The notes beneath the pieces are model-generated. The model was not told where the DNA came from and made no database searches. It saw only the letters and a list, made by a program, of their open reading frames with translations. Position numbers and translations under genes: made by a program. DNA of 63,738 nucleotides, counting the filler, from Octopus bimaculoides (lineage: Eukaryota), in NCBI RefSeq assembly GCF_001194135.2. It is 7 parts of 6 records of this genome, joined end to end, with 100 filler letters (N's around TTAATTAATTAA, not from the genome) between each part and the next. Parts side by side here need not be neighbours in the genome. Positions count along the whole stretch, not along the records: positions 1 to 14,588 come from NW_026345245.1; positions 14,689 to 23,194 come from NC_068983.1; positions 23,295 to 40,880 come from NC_068984.1; 4 more parts are not named here. One strand, given 5' to 3'. Positions 11,886-24,680 of this stretch are shown here, one piece after another (the first letter of the stretch is position 1; each line of letters begins with the position of its first letter).

Positions 11886-14688
11886 ACCATCAACAATTTC
11901 CTCAGCATTTGTTGTGTCACTATAAACAGGTAGTCTTATAATACTTTACCTGTTTGGTTATCTTGTCTTTATTGAGATGAGGGTAGCTTATCCTCATACT
12001 TGACACAGAGGTACAGCTCAATCTAAATAAGAACTGGAACAAAATGTTGTTCAACAAAGAATCAATCTTTATAGTTGTCACATTCTCAATTAGAATATTA
12101 CAAAACTGACAAATTTTTTTGTCTAACTGTGGAAATCTTTCACGAAATAAAGTGAAAACCTAAAACTATGTGTGTCAAATCAAATTACTAGTGAATCAAA
12201 TTAGTAAAATAAGCTAGTAAGTAACTCAGAAAAATCTAAGTTTGCTTTCAGTATATGAGTAAGTCACCCAACTTCTTTAGACACTAACTTATAACAGTTG
12301 CCCCACAACTGACCAGCTGCAAGCATATTGAATTTTTCAAAGTTAATATATGGTCCTGCTATTATCTCATACCCTGTAATACTATTATACGCTGGAAGGT
12401 CACTTTAAAAAAAGAAATGATCTATAGTAATAATAATATGTTATGTGATTGATAAAATAAAGCTCCTATTGAGCTTCACTTTTCAGACAAGTTGCTTGAT
12501 CTATTCCTTGTTGATGTCCTCATCAGGCACTGATATTAAAATGATGATGATAATGATTATCATCACCATTTAAGCTGACATGATTCAGACAAGAGAAATA
12601 ATACCAAAAATATTTAATAAGAATGATACATAAAATATATTAATATAAAGATGGACACACGCACACTCACCCACACACACCACTAGTGTATATAAAGCTA
12701 TATCTCAGTAGACAGAGATGCAATTATATAAAAAGAGTATATATACAAGAATGAAGTCCCCAGAATTCAATAAGTTTGCATATGATGAGAAGCCACCTCT
12801 TCTCACTGCACACTTTCAATAAAACTTATTCAATTTTCTGAACTTCATTAACTGATTTTTGTCAATGCAAACTATCAGTAGGTCTCAAGGACTCTAGCTT
12901 TATTCTTTGCTGTATACAAAAATTCTCCATAAAGATATAATGATAAGTATTAATATGGAAATAAATGACACACTGGGATAATATTCATTGCAGTATTATA
13001 CTATTTTAGATTGAAAGATAACAAACCAGATTATGAAATCAAACTGACAAGAGAAATCTAATATGAATAAGTATTCTACTAGCAGGAATTAGTGACAACA
13101 TAAAAATTCAAGTATAGTTAGTTAAAAACAAGATTAAAAGAACCAATGTAGGATAGATGTAAAACATATGAAGATACTCATTCACAAAGACCTTAGATAA
13201 AACTATACATGTTTCAGTATTAGAAAACCAAATGCTTAAATTCAAAATATTTTTGATAGTTGCTCTGCTACTAAACAATTAACTTACTGATAGTTATTTC
13301 AGTGATAAAGATAAAATAAAAATAAAAAATTCTGTCAGTATTTAGCAAAACATAACATAAAGCCTTTTGTGTATGAACTCATGACTATCTGTTCTAATGC
13401 AATTTGTGATGATGAGGAATAGGAAAGAGAGTGATGATAATGATGACGATGATGATAACAAATGAAACATCTTGTATGGACAAGAGTGGAAAGAAAAATG
13501 TATACGTTGAAACCTGATGCCCAGAAAGTATAGAAAATATAACATGAATAAAAGAAAATCAGCACAAAATGTCAAAGAATCAGCACCCATTTGAAAAGTG
13601 TTTCCTTTAAATGGAAGCTTGATAATCACTCCTCTAGAACCCAAACCAAAGAAGAAAAACCATCAATGGACAAAAGACTGAATATTTCTATTCTGAATTT
13701 ATACTGCACAGTACTTTCTTCCAGATAGGGAAAATATCATAACTCACATACAATGAACGCAATAGAAATACACAGAATATTTATACATCAGTATAAATAT
13801 GTTATACAAAAATCTACGGAGCTACAAGCTGAGCATTAAAAAGAAAAATTATTCCCAGCCTTCACAACCTTAATAAACAATGAAATCATCTGAACAAAAT
13901 ATACAGAACTGCACTCATAGCTAATAGAAAAAAAAAAAAATGAAGTATGCAATATATCAAATCAATACATTACTTGCAATGGTACACAAGTATATATTAT
14001 CAAGCTGGGAATGGGGGAATATCACAAGGAGTAGATGGCAGAAATTTTGTCCCTGGAGAAAAAAGCAAAACCATTCCAAAACAGGAAAGACATGCAAGGA
14101 TAATTAGATAAAACATAAAACTCCAATTAAATCTCTGTATGTCTTAAAATGACGTCATGATTGGTTTAACAATTCTGAACTAGTTTCTCTAAGCAAATGT
14201 TGTACTTATCACGTAAGCAACTGTGTATCAGCTGGAGAAATACATAATTGGATAAACAGATCAACGGAATCAGCCAGAAAGAGAAATGAAACAAATTAAA
14301 TGATAATCAAAAAATTATATTATTATAGAAATAGAGAAAAGCAAACAAATAGATAAATAAACAAACAAAAACCCAAAATCAAGCCACATGTCTTAGATAA
14401 GATTTCAGTGGTAGAGGCCTTGAGCAGGTCTAATTTAATAGCATTACAAAATGATATGTTTCATAAATATTAATAAATACCCCACTCAGCAAGTATAATA
14501 GATTCAAGTTAAAGTACAGATCATTCAAATATAAGGAAAATTCTAAATATTTTATGGACACAACTGTCCATATTTGTATGTATGTATGNNNNNNNNNNNN
14601 NNNNNNNNNNNNNNNNNNNNNNNNNNNNNNNNTTAATTAATTAANNNNNNNNNNNNNNNNNNNNNNNNNNNNNNNNNNNNNNNNNNNN

Positions 14689-15265
<577 letters not shown>

Positions 15266-16188
15266 TCCCCAAAGTAGGGACGAGACTGAAAATTTTGAGG
15301 TGAGAATAGTCGATTATATCGCCCCAAGTACATGTCATGAAACGTAAACTAGGTAAACCCTCCACTCAGGGTGTGAAGAAAATCCCAACTAGCTCAGATC
15401 AAAGGTCCCCACATCTATAATAATGCTCCCTCACTTTTCCTTTTTCTTTTCTTGTCTCGGTGTCCGCTAATCAAGAAGTATGTCCTTTTGTAATTTAGGG
15501 GTGGCCAACACTAAAAAAAACCACCTCCGCGTGATGATTAACGCAAAGTTCTTCGTAAAATTATTCTTCAGTTATTATTTTTATCCCGTCTTTAGCAGAA
15601 TCTACGTAACTGGAGTCAGACCCTTCACCAATCAGTAATGAATATCCTACAAGATGGTCATAAAACCCTTTGATGTATTCCACCAGTGCTTCTTTTGTTG
15701 TGCAAAGAACTGTGGATTTTAACGCTATATTGGAACAGTAGCACGTCTTCATACAATTTTCTTGCTTTCTTCTGAGATGTGTCCATTTTGATGGGGTTCC
15801 TTTTTTTTACTTTCCTTGCTTCTCCCTCGTTCTCCAGTAGTCTACCATATGTGTTAACTTTCCATCTCCTCTTCATTGTTACAAAACGATGGAATGGGCT
15901 TCTGATTGCTGCCGTGGAGTGGACCCTCGAGTTCCTGTCACCATCCTAAGAATTGTATCTTTTTGGGCCTGCAGTCGAAGTTATTGACCCCCCCCCCTTA
16001 AAAAAAAACAAAAAGGCTATAAATAACTATTCCTACCTCATATATAGCAACTGGGCTTTCAACGAGATGTAGTCCCATCTGCTCACAAATCGTTGCACGT
16101 TGCTTCACTTTATATGTAGTTCTGCCCAAATGTTCAAGTTATTCTTTCACGCAGTTTAAACATCTCGCCTCATAGAGTTATATCATAA

Positions 16189-16223
<35 letters not shown>

Positions 16224-16329
16224 AATAGATAAGTGTAAGTCATCAAACAATGTGCAGTTTTAGTTTTAAAGAGACGTCGAAAGATTAAATCTTATTGCAT
16301 AAAGATAAAAGATGATATCATTAAATGGC

Positions 16330-16990
16330 TGTACGATAATGAAAGAAAGAAGTATCAATGGGTGGTGTAGAGCAATAAGATAATAGAAAGAAGAATGAGA
16401 AAGTCTTCAAAGAGAAGAAGGGTAGGATTAGGTGGATGCCCGAAACAAAACTAAATGAAGAGAATGTTATCAAAGCAATGAATACACTGGCCATTGCCAA
16501 AATTATGATACTTTGCTCCTTTCTAAAGAAGGCAGCGACAGATAGAAGAACTAAGACGCTGCTCACCAGGCACCAACGAGTATTATCCTAAACGTTGTGT
16601 AGACAGAATCTATCCTCCCAGAAAGAAAGAGATAAGGGGTTGTTAAACACAGAAGACACCATCAGTACCTCGATATTGGGTTTGGAAACCTATGTTATGC
16701 ATAGTGAAATAAAAGAAAAAATGTCTGTAGCCAAAAATATGCAAAAAAGTTACTGAAACAGTAAGAGAACTCAAAAACAGAAGGAAGAGCAACAAGGCGC
16801 AAAGCTACAAAGAGAAAGAATTACATGACCGAGTCATGCCGAGCATGTTAAAAGTGTTGAATGCTCATTGGAATTGACAGAAACCTGAAAAACGAGAAGT
16901 AAACCATTGATTATAACCACTAAAGAACAAGCCATTAGAACGAACTTGATGAAGATAATGATGGATAAAACTCCACAGAATCGAATATAT
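16330..16990 (+). mobile_element. Old R4/Dong-like LINE fragment (RT thumb to pre-zinc-knuckle region)
   Basis: Broken frames give KLNEENVIKAMNTLAIA, DRRTKTLLTRH..PKRCVDRIYPPRK, KEKELHD and KEQAIRTN, collinear with the R4-like WQEKPLHG and AQDQSLPTRN motifs of the 44.3-45.2 kb copy. Confidence 0.6.
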
Positions 16991-17324
16991 TAATCGTCTC
17001 CTAAATGAAGGCAGTTTAACTGCGACCACGGTGGAATATAGAGAGTCTGAACAACTACAACAAGGCACTCTTCGGTAGTCTAATGACTCTGCCACCTCGC
17101 CACCTTAAGATATAGTAATTAAAATATTTTTATTTGCTACAAGGGCTCGACGAGATACAATGAAATATGATGAACGTTGAACAGGGGTTTGAAAAGACGT
17201 GCGGGTGCGACAAAAACGCTATACAAAGATGGGGGAGGTGTTGAAAACATTATACGGTTAAAAAGGTCACAAAATTTTTTAAAATGTTGTTTCTATTATT
17301 GAAAAAACAAAACAAAAAGCCTCA

Positions 17325-17654
17325 GTTACTTAGTCGTCAGGATAAGTCGAGTAAATCGATCCCAGCATATGGCTGGTAATTCATTTTGTCGGCTCTAAAA
17401 TGAGGACAGAATTGGCCTCAGAAGAATTTGAACTCAGCATGTAAAGGACCGTAATAGTTTTTAGTAACGGTTCGACACTCAAGCGATTTTTCATTAGGGG
17501 TAGGGTAAGTCGACTCCAGTGTTTTACTAGTACTTTATTTTATCGACCCCGAAAGGATAAAAGGCGAAAGAAACTTTGAACTGAGAACGTTAAGACAAAC
17601 GAAATACCGCAAAACATTTTGTCTGGTGTGCTACCGATTCTGCCAGTTTGTCTG
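17325..17654 (-). mobile_element. Two partial SINE family B copies
   Basis: TTTATCGACCCCGAAAGGATAAAAGGC...TTTGAACTGAGAACG...CGATTCTGCCAG is the reverse complement of family B. Confidence 0.75.
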
Positions 17655-17689
17655 TTGGAAGAATTAAGCGTCTAAAATCAAAATTGAAA

Positions 17690-17830
17690 ATATCTATGAA
17701 GATGATGATGATACTGTAGTTGTTGACAATGTAGACGATGATGATGATGATGATTGATGGTATGTGGTAGTGAAAAGCCATGGTGGTTACGTTGATGGCG
17801 ATAAAAGTGTAGCTATTTATGATGGCGTTC

Positions 17831-17864
<34 letters not shown>

Positions 17865-18456
17865 CACTGTTGTTGCTGTCGTTGTGGCTGCGGCTGATGA
17901 TGATGATGATGATGATGATGATAATGATGCTGATGATACAGCCAGTTTCATTTTCTTGGAGTCATCATCATCATCTTCTTCTTCTTCTTCTTCTTCTTCT
18001 TCTTCTTCTTCTTCTTCTTCTTCTTCTTCTTCTTCTATTTCTTCTTCTCCTCCTCCTCCTCCTCCTTCTCCTCCTCCTCCTCTCTCTCTCTATTGTTTTT
18101 CTTCACATTAGCTTTTATAAAATATATTTCAAAATTTATTTTATTTGCATCTTTTTTTTGCTTTTTTTTTTAAAGATGCTTCTTCTGTTAAAAGTGTTGC
18201 TGTTATTGTTGTTATTGTTGTTATTGAAGATGGTGCTCATATTGTTGTGAATGTGTTTCCATTCCTTTCGTCGTCGTCGTCGTTGTTGTTGTTGCCGAGG
18301 AATTTGCATCTCTTGTCATCGTTGCTGGCCTTATAAATGTCTTTAGTTTTCTTTTTGATGATGATGATGATGATGAGAATGATGACAATTTTGATGATAA
18401 TAACGTTGATGACAATGGTCGTAACTCTGATGTGGTGGTGGTTGTTGTGATGGTAG

Positions 18457-18517
<61 letters not shown>

Positions 18518-18860
18518 GGTGGTCATGATGATATGATGATGATGACGACGATGATGACGATAACGATGTCGATGAGGATGATGATGATGATAATAATCAC
18601 GTATATGATCATCTTGTTAGTCACATTGATACCAACGATGACGTTAAACAAATGATGACGATGATAATGATGATTATAAAGAAAATAACGATGGCGATGT
18701 TGATAGGAATAACAATATCAACAATAGTGTCAGTGCCGACGACGATGACGACGATGACGAGGATGAAGACGATGATGATGATTTCCATGTTGATGATGTC
18801 GACGAATGCGACCACAGCGTCGAGGCTGGCGGTGGCGATATTGTCGTGTGCCTCTTAATG
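17690..18860. repeat. 1.2-kb trinucleotide-repeat mosaic (GAT, GCT, TCT, CCT, GTT, GGT, GAC)
   Basis: Seen directly; source of the low-complexity ORFs in the track. Confidence 0.95.
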
Positions 18861-19161
18861 GCAAGTTCCGTGTGTATAGTAAACCAGGGGTGTGAAACTG
18901 CTCTTTAAAATATGTATTTTGATGAGTCCCAGCTGATTTCAGTTGAATGCGTAATCAGCGCACACACTAGCTTGCTTCTAATTTATGCATTTATGTATAT
19001 AGTTATATATTTATCTTCTTTTATATTCCTTTCTTTCTTAACCGCCTATTTACTGCGTTCTTTTAAATGTGTCTCTGTTTGGCAATAATTCGTACTCGCA
19101 TGCAAACATCCACTACACATGCGAATGAATATGTGTGTGTGCGTGTGCGTGTGCGTGTGCG

Positions 19162-19208
<47 letters not shown>

Positions 19209-19225
19209 GTGTGTATGTGTGTGTG

Positions 19226-19711
19226 TAGGATAAATTTAATGCAGTTGAACGGCAGTTTTTAAAATCTTTTGCCCTAGAACTTTAAACAGTTGTAAATATA
19301 TATTGTCATTCTTTTCTCACATACAATGTGTATGTGTGTGTGTGTGCGTGTGTGCGTGTGTGTATGTGCGTGTACGCACTCGCACGTATTTGTGGGCTCA
19401 ACTTCTTTATGCACACATACATACCTACACACATATATTTATATATACATATAAATACAAATNNNNNNNNNNNNNNNNNNNNNNNNNNNNNNNNNNNNNN
19501 NNNNNNNNATATATATATATATATATATATAAAGATACGTATATGTATAGATAAATATTTGTGGGTATGTGTGTGTATAAAGATGCAGAGCCCACAAATA
19601 CGACTGAGTGTATATATGTATTCGATGTGCATGTATATCTTTTGAGCTGTTTAAAGTTCTACACCGAAAGATTTTAAAAAACTGCCGCTTAATTACATTA
19701 AGTTTATTCTA
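19226..19711. mobile_element. Fold-back (palindromic) MITE-like element, about 486 bp
   Basis: Outer arms TAGGATAAATTTAATGCAGTTGAACGGCAGTTTTTAAAATCTTT..TAGAACTTTAAACAG and their reverse complement at about 19645-19711. Inner arms GTATTTGTGGGCTC..CTTTAT..CACATAC mirror across the central gap. Confidence 0.75.
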
Positions 19712-20163
19712 GGTATTCTAAATTACGCGTTTGGTGCGAATTGCTGGTTTCACTTTGTTGCCCAGCCTTCCACTGTCGCTTACAATGGTGACTGCAGACC
19801 CTGTTTGCTTTCCCAATAACGGTTAGCATCACTTTTTCTGCGGTAGGTCGAGACTTGAATTTCTTTTTCGCTGGTGATTTCGATTCTGGCTCAAAGTGAT
19901 GGATCCAGATCTCATCTTCTGTGACTACTCTCTCCAAAAAAGCGTCACTTTTATCACTGTAATATTCACTAGAACCATCTCTCGAGCTTGATGAATTTTC
20001 TCGTCAATGGGGAGGTTGATAGGCGCCCTGCTCTCACTTCGTGCTTCACGCTTGTCCGGCCATTTTAAAACTTCTCGAGCTACTCATACGCGCTGTCCCT
20101 GTATTGTACACACCAGAGAAATCGAATCACTGATCTCTATTCTCTGTTCAGCAGAGTGGCCAT
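19712..20163 (-). pseudogene. Multiply deleted mariner transposase fragment (third lineage)
   Basis: MATLLNRE*RSVIRFLW..YE*LEKF*NGRTSVKHEVRAGRLSTS..DEKIHQAREMVL, then VVTEDEIWIHHFEPESK..KKKFK..TAEKVMLTV (decayed TGDETW motif). Confidence 0.8.
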
Positions 20164-20327
20164 ATTTACACTGCAACACAAGGAAGAAAACTGGAGCGAT
20201 GAAAGTGAAACCTCGGTTATGCAACCACAAAGATACCACCTTTTAGCATGCGAGTACTGAAGGTAGGGTAGCCATTGCTAAAGAAACTTTTGGCTTGGCA
20301 AAAGTGTCGATAGCTTTTGACTTATAG

Positions 20328-20590
20328 TCATTTACAGGCCAGTCGCTTTACAGAATTTACAGCATAATGGATATTACAGGAATCACTAGGCAGAAGATCA
20401 TCACGTTGGCCAGGGAGGCAGCAGAAGCTGCATTAAAGATCAGGAGGTATAAGGCATGGAAGGAGCAAATCAACCAGGGATAGTGCTAACTGGATACAAC
20501 ATGGGGTGATAAAAATCCCCGCTGAGTCGTCAGGGTGAGAGTGTATGATGCTGAAAGACTTGACCACAACGAACAGGTGCACACAACTGA
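20328..20590 (+). mobile_element. HERO/NeSL-like REL-LINE 3' end
   Basis: SFTGQSLYRIYSIMDITGITRQKIITLAREAAEAALKIRR..W (20328-20483) resembles the C-terminus of HERO-type elements. The UTR GCTGAGTCGTCAGGGTGAGAGTGTATGATGCTGAAAGAC resembles their 3' UTR as I recall it. Confidence 0.55.
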
Positions 20591-20973
20591 AAATTTTAAG
20601 ATCTTTATAATGTGTAAGAAAAATGGGGAATATTGAATGTGTATATTCTGTGCATCGTCTTCATCACGCTTTCCTTATTCTGACTACCAGGGTACGCAAA
20701 GAGTATGAATATGAATATAATATATTTACTGAAATATATTTTCTTCCTTATAATATACTCATAGATATTGTAAATGTGTGTGTGTACGTATGCAATTTTT
20801 ATTAAGCGGAATAAACTATTTACATATTCTCTTATCCCGTGTTCATGCATGTATATGTGTGTATGTAAGAGCTTATATATAAATATTTCTACGTATATGC
20901 ATTTTACACATTATATGTACACATACACACACACGAATGTATACATATTACATAATATTATGTTACATTGCAT

Positions 20974-21007
<34 letters not shown>

Positions 21008-21427
21008 AAAGCAGACAAAGAGAAGGAGGAAGTGAAAGAGAAACAGAAAGAGAGACCGGTGGGGGAGAGATAGAGGATGAGAACCATTATGTCAAATACA
21101 TACGTGATCTCAATTCACTGAAGAAATACATTAGGCTTGTTTATGAATAAATGTATATACCTTGTAGTTATGTAGTTATGTATGTGCGTATTACATGTTT
21201 GTGAAATTGGGAGCGTGTGTGGATGTATGCAAATATATACAAATATAAAAGTGTCATGTACGGGTACATAAGAACATGTATATATTACGTATATATGTGT
21301 AAATAGATATATAATACATTTTATATAGATATATACAAATTATACATATTTTCTATATTTACATATATATAATGTTACATATATATAATGTATATTTATA
21401 TATATATAATATATTTACGTATATATA

Positions 21428-21625
21428 TAGTGTGGAGGCGCAATGGCTCAGTGGTTAGGCAGCGGATTCGCGGTCATAGGATCGCGGTTTCGATTCCCAG
21501 ACCGGGCGTTGTGAGTGTTCATTGAGCGACAGCACCTAAAGCTTCAGTTTCCCTCTACCAAATCCACTCACAAGGCTTTGGTCGGCTCAAGGCTATAGTA
21601 GAAGGCGCTTGCACCTCCACCACTA
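21428..21625. mobile_element. Chimeric SINE: tRNA-like head (family C, +) fused to an inverted family-A segment
   Basis: A box TGGCTCAGTGG and B box GGTTTCGATTCCC at about 21444-21488. 21532-21613 is reverse-complement family A. The two ends are inverted repeats. Confidence 0.75.
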
Positions 21626-21949
21626 TATATATATAAAATATGTATACGTATATATATATATATATTTACAGTGTACATATATACACACACACACATATAT
21701 ATACACAAATACACACACGTCATATTTGTAGAACTTATGTGTGTCGATTTTTTTATGTTTGTAGTTCTTTGTTTCAGCCATCACGTTTAGGGTCACGTGG
21801 AATAGTGTCTTCAGAGTTGAATGACTTGTCTTTTGTATCGTCTACGTATATATCAAATTTGTTTGTTCGATTTCTTTTTCTTTACATTAGGCATCACGAG
21901 ATCAATGAATTGCTGGAAGCTTCTTTGTTCTGATTGTAGTCTTTAGTTG

Positions 21950-22088
21950 GTGGCCCGTTGCCAGAGTCGTTAGAGCAGCCTCGAGCGAAATCCCTTTCGA
22001 TGATTATTCTAGTTTTTCTGATTTGAATTGTCTTTGAGGTCAACTTTGCCTTTCATTCGCTTGAGATCGATAAAGTAAAGTACCAAAC
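21950..22088 (+). mobile_element. Diverged SINE family B
   Basis: GAGGTCAACTTTGCCTTTCATTC..GATCGATAAAGTAAAGTACC. Confidence 0.6.
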
Positions 22089-22583
22089 CAAAGTGGTGAT
22101 CAGGCAGAATCTATGGAACGTTTGTCAGGAAGCCTCGTGTTAGGTGTCTCTGCTCTTTTCACTACATAGGAGGTGATCTTACTTCACTACCCGTTTTAAC
22201 ACCACCTGGGTGCCTTTAACGGTAGAACCTGCTCTGTGTTAAGCATTCGGGCCAGGTTTGAAGTTAAAATTCTCCTTCTCACTAATTTCGATCACCGTGA
22301 AAAGCGATGAGAGTACTGCTCTTCTGCCTGAAAAGGCAATAAACAAAGACGATCCGGACTCCCAGATGGACATGCATCTCTCTATTTCTTTATATTCTAA
22401 TACGTCTAATGGGAAACATTTAAGAGAAAGTTTAGTAAACATTTTCAGAGGTAGTTATGTAAATACCAGCCTGTTATTATATAGCTTCCTGATTATGTAA
22501 GAGTTTAAGGAAGTGTTGGAGCTGACAATACCTCCCATTTGTATGTATGTATGTATGTCTGTATGTATGTATGAAGTTGTATA

Positions 22584-23054
22584 GGCGCAGGAGTGGCTGT
22601 GTGGTAAGTAGCTTGCTTACCAACCACATGGTTCCGGGTTCAGTCCCACTGCGTGGCACCTTGGGCAAGTGTCTTCCACTATANNNNNNNNNNCCACTGC
22701 GTGGCACCTTGGGCAAGTGTCTTCCACTATAGCCTCGGGTCAACCAAAGCCTTGTGAGTGGATTTGGTAGACGGAAACTGGAAGAAGCCCGTTGTGTATA
22801 TGTATACATATATATATGTATGTGCGTGCATATGTTTATGTGTTTGTGTTTGTCCCCCCAACATCGCTTGACAAGCGATGGTGATGTGTTTACGTCCCCG
22901 TAACTTAGCGGTTCGGCAAAAAAGAGACCGATAGAATAAGTACTAGGCTTACAAAGAATAAGTGCTGGGGCCGATTTGCTCAACTAAAGGCGGTGCTCCA
23001 GCATGACCGCAGCCACATGACTGAAACAAGTGAAAGAGTAAAAGAGTAAAAGAG
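22584..23054 (+). mobile_element. Full-length SINE family A (tRNA head, CORE-like box, central TA/TG tract, AAAGAGT tail)
   Basis: A box TGGCTGTGTGG, B box GGTTCAGTCCC, and CCTTGGGCAAGTGTCTT resembling the CORE-SINE motif. About 14 related copies in the window. Confidence 0.92.
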
Positions 23055-23293
23055 AACGTTCTGTCCAATTTTTAGTATTTATTTCAAATTAGAACACAGC
23101 AAATTTAACAATCTATTTTTCTTCGTTTTGTTTTTTTACATTTTCTATCATTTGTCCTCATATATCTTGAGTTTTTAAATTCCTGATTTGAAAANNNNNN
23201 NNNNNNNNNNNNNNNNNNNNNNNNNNNNNNNNNNNNNNTTAATTAATTAANNNNNNNNNNNNNNNNNNNNNNNNNNNNNNNNNNNNNNNNNNN

Positions 23294-23450
23294 NTAATGA
23301 TAAAGATGATGATGATGATGATGACGATGATGGTGGTGGCGGTGGTGGTGGTGGTGGTGGTGGTGGTGGTGGTGATGATGATGATGATGATGGTGATGGT
23401 GGTGATGATGATGATGAGGAGGAGGAGAACGAGGAGGAGGAGGAGGATAC
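23294..23450. repeat. (GAT)n/(GGT)n/(GAG)n microsatellite
   Basis: Seen directly. Confidence 0.95.
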
Positions 23451-23949
23451 ATTATTAAAAAAAATAACGACTTCAATCCAAATAACATCTATGAGATGTT
23501 TTAAATCCCCAACTGATGTAAACAAATAATCAATGTAAACACACACAATAGTTGGAGACATTCTAATGAATAACACTTGAGTTTTATATGAGTAGCAGCA
23601 CATTGATGTTACATTGAAAACAACAGGGAATAAGATATACATTAGATGAAAGCATCAGACTTGATTTGGATCATGTTGAAGTTCTTCTATAACTGCAATC
23701 TGTACATAAAGCACGGAAGCACAATGCATGCCTGCATTTATGGACTGCAAACAACTGTTAGAGTTGAACTAAATCTCTTTCTGAAATCCTGGTTTCTTAT
23801 TTCAAATGTGCCATAAAACTTGACAGTTTTTTAAAAAATTATATCTTTGAATGCCAATCTTTTAGATGCATGGTTGAGTGTATGCTTATATATTTACTGA
23901 GGTTAATATTGTTAGCAAGTATGGTTTAATATATCTCTTGTTAATATGA

Positions 23950-24190
23950 TATCTAGTATAGTTAATGATATATGGATCATGTGATTTCATGGTTAATGTA
24001 TTTATCAAAGATAATAGTGTATCTATTACAGTTAATAGATTACCTTTCATAGTTAATACTGTACTTATCATAGTTAATAGTGTACCTATTATAGTTAATA
24101 ATGCATCTATCACAGCTAACAGGATATCTATCACAGTTAGTGTACTTGTCATAAACAATAGTGTACTTATCATAGTTAATTGTGCACTTG
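23950..24190. repeat. Degenerate 21-bp minisatellite (consensus about ATCATAGTTAATAGTGTACCT)
   Basis: AGTTAAT and variants recur at about 21-nt spacing for roughly 10 units. Confidence 0.8.
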
Positions 24191-24194
24191 ACTG

Positions 24195-24276
24195 CTTTCA
24201 GGGCCTATGTCTCACTGCCATGCAGCATCACAGTCCTAATACAAGTGTCATACAATTTGCTCTTCACTCTGAGGGG
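24195..24276 (-). mobile_element. RTE ORF2 fragment
   Basis: PLRVKSKLYDTCIRTVMLHGSET is the typical RTE post-RT motif (K.RLY..CVR..MLHGSETW). Confidence 0.7.
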
Positions 24277-24464
24277 AAAAAAAAAACCTTTATTACCAGC
24301 AACAGTTGTAGCGCTCTGAACTTTTCTTATCTTTTTGGATGGGATATTATTTACTTTTCCTTTTATGCAAACAATTTTGCTGGTAAGACATTGATGCCTA
24401 TTTACAACCATCACATGAAATCTAGACAAGGGTACACACAAACATACACACATATATACATGAT

Positions 24465-24623
24465 GTGTTTCTTTCAGTTTCCATCTACAAAATCCTCTCA
24501 CGATGCATTAGTTGGTGCACGGTTGTAGGAGAAGACTCTTGTCCAAAGTACCACAAAACAGGACTGAACCTAAGACCACATGGTTCAGAAGCAAGCTTCT
24601 CAGCCACACAGTCATGCTTGTGC
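24465..24623 (-). mobile_element. Diverged SINE family A, 5' half
   Basis: TTTCTTTCAGTTTCCATCTAC...GGACTGAACC...AGCAAGCTTCTCAGCCACACAG. Confidence 0.75.
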
Positions 24624-24680
24624 TGCCTCCATGTCTGATCCATAGCATGAAATATGGATGTTAAATGATGATGTATATAT

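Noticed and set aside
12445-12530. CTGATGA...GAAA hammerhead-like motif on the minus strand
   Set aside because: Stem II is plausible, but no stem I can form after any NUH site.
14633-14644. TTAATTAATTAA repeated six times (14633, 23239, 40925, 53857, 56229, 62285)
   Set aside because: It always sits inside N runs (44 N + 12 + 44 N = 100 bp at the first site) and encodes stops in all six frames. It is a scaffolding linker, not biology.
21431-21495. tRNA gene call for A/B-box sequences (also 22584 and 62001)
   Set aside because: No complete cloverleaf; each continues into a multi-copy SINE body.
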